DNA of 8,795 bases from an uncultured Gammaproteobacteria bacterium (lineage in GTDB: Bacteria; Patescibacteriota; Patescibacteriia; UBA2591; UBA6264), in contig CAZDOL010000011.1 of NCBI GenBank assembly GCA_964507075.1, positions 5,342 through 14,136 on the forward strand, given 5' to 3'. Position numbers and translations under genes: made by a program. Below the pieces are notes generated by a model. It did no database searches. It had not been told where the DNA came from and was given only the letters and a program-made list of their open reading frames with translations. Position 1 is the stretch's first letter; each line of letters begins with the position of its first letter. Positions 5,325 to 8,795 of the stretch are shown here, piece by piece.

Positions 5325-8300
5325 CAAGATTTGGGTGCTGATTTAGTGGCAGAAAGCGCCACTAGCGCTGGCATAGGAGAATCAAGTTTGCCTGCTATTT
5401 TGGGAAGAATTTTTAAAATAGTTTTAAGCGTTTTGGGGTTAATAGCCTTGGTTGTCGTTATTATAGCTGGAATACAATGGATGACCTCTGGCGGAAATTC
5501 TGAAAAAATTAAAAAAGCAAAAGCTCTTTTATCAGCAGGCCTTATTGGTTTGCTGATTATTGTTTGTGCTTACGCAATGGTGAGTTTTATTATTTCTTCT
5601 TTGGGTGGAGTCACTGAAGGAACAGGATGTACGCCGGGCAACTGTTGTGGCGATGGGTATGCATGGAATTCTGATTGTGAATGTGATGATTGGGTCTATC
5701 CAAGCTGCGCGACAGGTCAAAGCCAGGAATATTTTCGTTTAACACGAGGAGAAGCTAATTTTGATATTGATAATAAAATATATTTATGTAGCAACATTAG
5801 AGCTGTTTTTAATCATAATATTAATGAAAATACAGTTAATGTAGCTGTTGCTAATTCTACATTAAAAGTTATTGATTCTGACGACATTATTATTAGTGGG
5901 ACTTTTCAGACAACAGGTGGGTCAATATTATTTACTCCCGAAAATTTTTGGACAGAATTTAGTGATTATAAATTAATAATACCCAAGACAATTAGCGATA
6001 ACAATAACAAATATCTTGTGGGTTGCGCCATGGGATTTAGTCCAGCAGGCGGTTGCAGTAACAACGGAACCGTAGATTGGGATTTTACAACAAACAACGA
6101 AGAGGATATAACTCCGCCCTTTGTAGATCATGCCTATCCTATAATGGACATTGATGATCCATTATATCCTGACAAAAATGTCTCTCGAGCGCCAATGATT
6201 GATGTAGTTTTTAATGAAAATATAGATTACGCAACTATTGTTGACACAAATCATGCAGATTATAATGCAAATGATTCAAATACTTGGCATCCAATAGTAA
6301 ATAATTTTCAATTGTGTGAAATAGAGGCACAAAATACAGAATGCAACCCAGTCAATATATATAATAATGATAATTTTATCATTGTACCAATATCACAAGG
6401 GTTTAGGATTTTTATTACAAATGCTCAATGGTTAGATGCTTTTACGTGGTATGAAATTCAGGTTGATGGAGTGTATGATATGTGCAACAACCAGATGGCA
6501 GATAGTCAATCATGGGAATTTCAAACTAATAACAATATTCCTGGAGCGCAGGATTGGTGGCCAAAAGGTAGTAATGTATGTCCAGATGCTTTAGTTGGTA
6601 TTCGTTTTGCCACTAGTATGTACGAGTATGAAGTTAAAATGAGTGTTGTTAATGATGATGGTACCACAGAATTTGAAGGATTGATCAAACCCTCTGATAT
6701 TGCTAGCCCTGGTCCATACGAGACAACATTAACCACTGGTAGTGGTTCTTTAAAAGTTGTTGATGACGATTACATAAATGTTTCAAATCAGTTTAAGATT
6801 TTTCAATTAGAGTTAAATGATACTTTAAATATTGACACTCCTTATACCATTGAAGTTACAACAGATTTAGTAATAGATGTTGACGGCAATACTCTGGATA
6901 AAAGTTGGAGTTTTGATGTGACAAATATGCAAGATTGCGCGTGTGAGCCGATCATTTATGAAGTTTTACCTAGTAGTGGAGCTCGACAATCTTGCGTAAC
7001 AATAAGGGGCCATTGTTTTGCTGGGACAACAGAAAGACCTGCCACCATTAACGAGTTGTGGTTTGATGATACCCAGGATCCTCCGCCCCCAAATGGACAA
7101 CAATTTATTGACGGATCCTTGAGGGCAGACATAGAAGGTCATACCGCTAATTCTATTGTTACTATAATACCAGAAAATTTTGGAGACCCTCTGATTGACC
7201 CAAACACATCGGATATTCCAGACTTTTTAGGTGTGGGCATAAAAATTATTTATGATGATAATCAGGAAGAAGTAGAGAATTTTTCTGAAAGTCAATTTAC
7301 AGTTATTGACAATGCTTTAGCACAAGGTCCTTGTATTTGGAGGTTAGATCCCAATAATGGGTATGTAGGAGATAGGTTTAACGTTGAAGGCATTAAATTT
7401 GGTTTGACTCCTGGTGTAATTAATATAGAGGATTGGTTCTTTAACTTAACTTATAGCGGCGCCTGGAATGAAAATTTAATAGAACAAGTTATGGTACCTG
7501 GTTTTACTACTGCCGGAGATAGAGACGTAACAGTTGTTGATGGTAGTGGTTTTGTTAGTAATCCCGTTCCCTTTGATGTTATATTTGACCGACCAGAGGT
7601 AAAAGAATTTGGTTGTAATCCTCCTCCAGTTTACTCTTCGCCCAGCCCGTATAAAAATACTGAGGATGCTTGCGTTGCTATTGATTTGATTCTTGAGTTT
7701 ACTAAAGATATGATAGATTTTGGTCCGGATGGTGTTTTAAATATAAATAATTATACTATTCAAAATTGTGGCACAGATGATATTTATAACGAAGCATATT
7801 GTAGTCAAATTTATTATAATCCCTCTAATGCCCAGTTTGATGACCTGAATTCTAGTAGAATAGTTCGGCTTTCTTTGTCCTCGGCATTTACAGTTGGAAC
7901 ATGGTATACAATTAATGTATTAGCTAATGTTAAGTCAGATGAAGATGTTGGGATGGAGGAAAATTATGTGTGGCATTTTAAAACAAGAGATACAGATGTT
8001 TGTCCTGTGGCAAGTATAAATTTGACTCCCCAAAATGAAACTATTACTGGTTGTTCTGGCGCTAAAGCTTTTGAGGCTGAACCCTATGCTAGTAATTGTA
8101 ATGCCTTAACCCCTGGTTCTTATTCATATGATTGGTCTTCTTCTAATCCTGCTGCTGCGACCATAGGCACTGGGAATACTTATCAAAATATTGCAAGCGC
8201 AGCTGGAGCTGGCTCAACATGGATTAGAGTTGAAGAAGCAGATTCTTTTAAATGGACCAAAGAATTATTAAATGTAAATTGTTGCAGAACTAACGAAGAT

Positions 8301-8795
8301 TGTTATGATCCAGATGGAGATGGCTCTGATCGTTGTTTAGGGAGTGAATGTAATGATGATTATGGTATTTGTACGCCCGTAATTAACGATTTTAACCCAG
8401 AATCTGGTTATTATAATGATTGGGTTAGTATTCATGGTTGTTGGTTTAATAATTATAACGCAAGTTATAGCAGAGTAAGGTTTAATGAAGAATTGTCAAT
8501 TATTCCTTTTGATAAGTGCACCAGCTCTGCTTGGCAGAATGAGCAAATTATTGCGGAAGTTCCAGAGACGGGAAATCCCTTTGGATATATTCAGGTTACT
8601 TCAGCGCCCTACGGTAGTGCTTTTGTTGTTTCAAGTTCTGATATTTTTAATGATTACGGCTCTCCTCGTGCAGGAATTTGTAATTTAAGACCAAGTCATG
8701 GGATTCCTGGTTCAATTACTCAACTGACTGCGAATGATAATTTGTTGGGACAGGGTGGTAATGATGATGTATATTATGGAACTGAAAAAGCTATT
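5226..8795 (+). CDS. Giant secreted, membrane-anchored, Cys-rich surface protein, 3'-truncated by the window edge: signal peptide + VirB2/TrbC-like pilin hairpin + Ig-like (SbsA/Big_5-like, Big_2-like) and IPT/TIG-like module array
   Basis: Not in the supplied ORF track. I translated manually from ATG 5226 and checked the frame at 5520, 6000, 6540, 7020, 7500, 8280 and 8760. This gives 1190 sense codons and no stop before 8795. N-terminus MYFQRPKTNKFLLVASISLIFLFVLIVPSLVQA|QD. Recurrent module ends are W-x-F-x-T (VDWDFTT, SWEFQT, SWSFDVT, VWHFKT). IPT-like starts are CEPIIYEVLPSSG, CIWRLDPNNG, CTPVINDFNPESG and CNLRPSHGIPG. A Big_2-like 'YDWSSSNPAAATIG' is also present. Confidence 0.9.
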   Translation, partial: MYFQRPKTNKFLLVASISLIFLFVLIVPSLVQAQDLGADLVAESATSAGIGESSLPAILGRIFKIVLSVLGLIALVVVIIAGIQWMTSGGNSEKIKKAKALLSAGLIGLLIIVCAYAMVSFIISSLGGVTEGTGCTPGNCCGDGYAWNSDCECDDWVYPSCATGQSQEYFRLTRGEANFDIDNKIYLCSNIRAVFNHNINENTVNVAVANSTLKVIDSDDIIISGTFQTTGGSILFTPENFWTEFSDYKLIIPKTISDNNNKYLVGCAMGFSPAGGCSNNGTVDWDFTTNNEEDITPPFVDHAYPIMDIDDPLYPDKNVSRAPMIDVVFNENIDYATIVDTNHADYNANDSNTWHPIVNNFQLCEIEAQNTECNPVNIYNNDNFIIVPISQGFRIFITNAQWLDAFTWYEIQVDGVYDMCNNQMADSQSWEFQTNNNIPGAQDWWPKGSNVCPDALVGIRFATSMYEYEVKMSVVNDDGTTEFEGLIKPSDIASPGPYETTLTTGSGSLKVVDDDYINVSNQFKIFQLELNDTLNIDTPYTIEVTTDLVIDVDGNTLDKSWSFDVTNMQDCACEPIIYEVLPSSGARQSCVTIRGHCFAGTTERPATINELWFDDTQDPPPPNGQQFIDGSLRADIEGHTANSIVTIIPENFGDPLIDPNTSDIPDFLGVGIKIIYDDNQEEVENFSESQFTVIDNALAQGPCIWRLDPNNGYVGDRFNVEGIKFGLTPGVINIEDWFFNLTYSGAWNENLIEQVMVPGFTTAGDRDVTVVDGSGFVSNPVPFDVIFDRPEVKEFGCNPPPVYSSPSPYKNTEDACVAIDLILEFTKDMIDFGPDGVLNINNYTIQNCGTDDIYNEAYCSQIYYNPSNAQFDDLNSSRIVRLSLSSAFTVGTWYTINVLANVKSDEDVGMEENYVWHFKTRDTDVCPVASINLTPQNETITGCSGAKAFEAEPYASNCNALTPGSYSYDWSSSNPAAATIGTGNTYQNIASAAGAGSTWIRVEEADSFKWTKELLNVNCCRTNEDCYDPDGDGSDRCLGSECNDDYGICTPVINDFNPESGYYNDWVSIHGCWFNNYNASYSRVRFNEELSIIPFDKCTSSAWQNEQIIAEVPETGNPFGYIQVTSAPYGSAFVVSSSDIFNDYGSPRAGICNLRPSHGIPGSITQLTANDNLLGQGGNDDVYYGTEKAI
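5388..5603 (+). other. VirB2/TrbC-like (T4SS-pilin-like) helix-loop-helix membrane hairpin (aa 55-126 of the giant protein)
   Basis: LPAILGRIFKIVLSVLGLIALVVVIIAGIQW-MTSGGNSEKIKKAK-ALLSAGLIGLLIIVCAYAMVSFIISSL: two long hydrophobic helices around a short Lys-rich loop. The 'WMTSGGNxEKxKKAK' loop matches my recollection of the small T4SS-pilin family proteins common in CPR bacteria. This rests on recognition, not an HMM result. Confidence 0.6.

Noticed and set aside
5532-8688. Short ORFs 5532-5720 (-), 6521-6736 (-) and 8485-8688 (+, different frame), the only track entries in this region
   Set aside because: All lie inside the 1190-codon stop-free frame that starts at 5226 and has a coherent secretion signal and domain architecture. 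They are shadow ORFs.
5226-8795. Idea that the big ORF is missing from the track because of stop-codon reassignment (for example UGA as Gly/Trp, as in Gracilibacteria/SR1 or Mycoplasma)
   Set aside because: The frame contains no TGA, TAA or TAG at all. TGA also terminates the deaminase and DUF192 genes at sensible positions. The ORF is missing only because it runs off the window without a stop.

Overview
AT-rich, tightly packed bacterial chromosomal segment. All eight supportable genes lie on the + strand, and all three standard stop codons are used (TGA ends two genes), so there is no UGA recoding. Order: a 75-bp tandem duplication with a perfect 47-bp core (52-203); dCMP deaminase (204-719); DgkA-family lipid kinase (738-1109); a clear rho-independent terminator (1121-1154); promoter-like site plus ParA/Soj ATPase (1193-1990); exported DUF192 protein (2071-2526); exported thioredoxin-fold domain fused to a CcdA/DsbD-type six-helix thiol-disulfide transporter (2561-4021); promoter-like site plus ParB/Spo0J (4084-4935); ribosomal protein bS21 (4948-5175). 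The largest gene is missing from the supplied ORF track. It is an open-ended ORF from ATG 5226 to the window edge (8795), 1190 codons with no in-frame stop. It encodes a signal peptide, a VirB2/TrbC-like (T4SS-pilin-like) two-helix hairpin, Cys-rich knots, and an array of Ig-like and IPT/TIG-like modules. The most interesting points are this pilin-anchored giant Cys-rich surface protein, its proximity to a Trx-CcdA redox fusion, and a parA-parB pair split by 2.1 kb of envelope genes. Low GC, near absence of Shine-Dalgarno sequences and the pilin-loop motif suggest a Candidate Phyla Radiation (Patescibacteria) origin, but that is inference only. No rRNA, tRNA, CRISPR array or transposase is supportable. 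All homology calls rest on motif recognition by eye, not on database searches.
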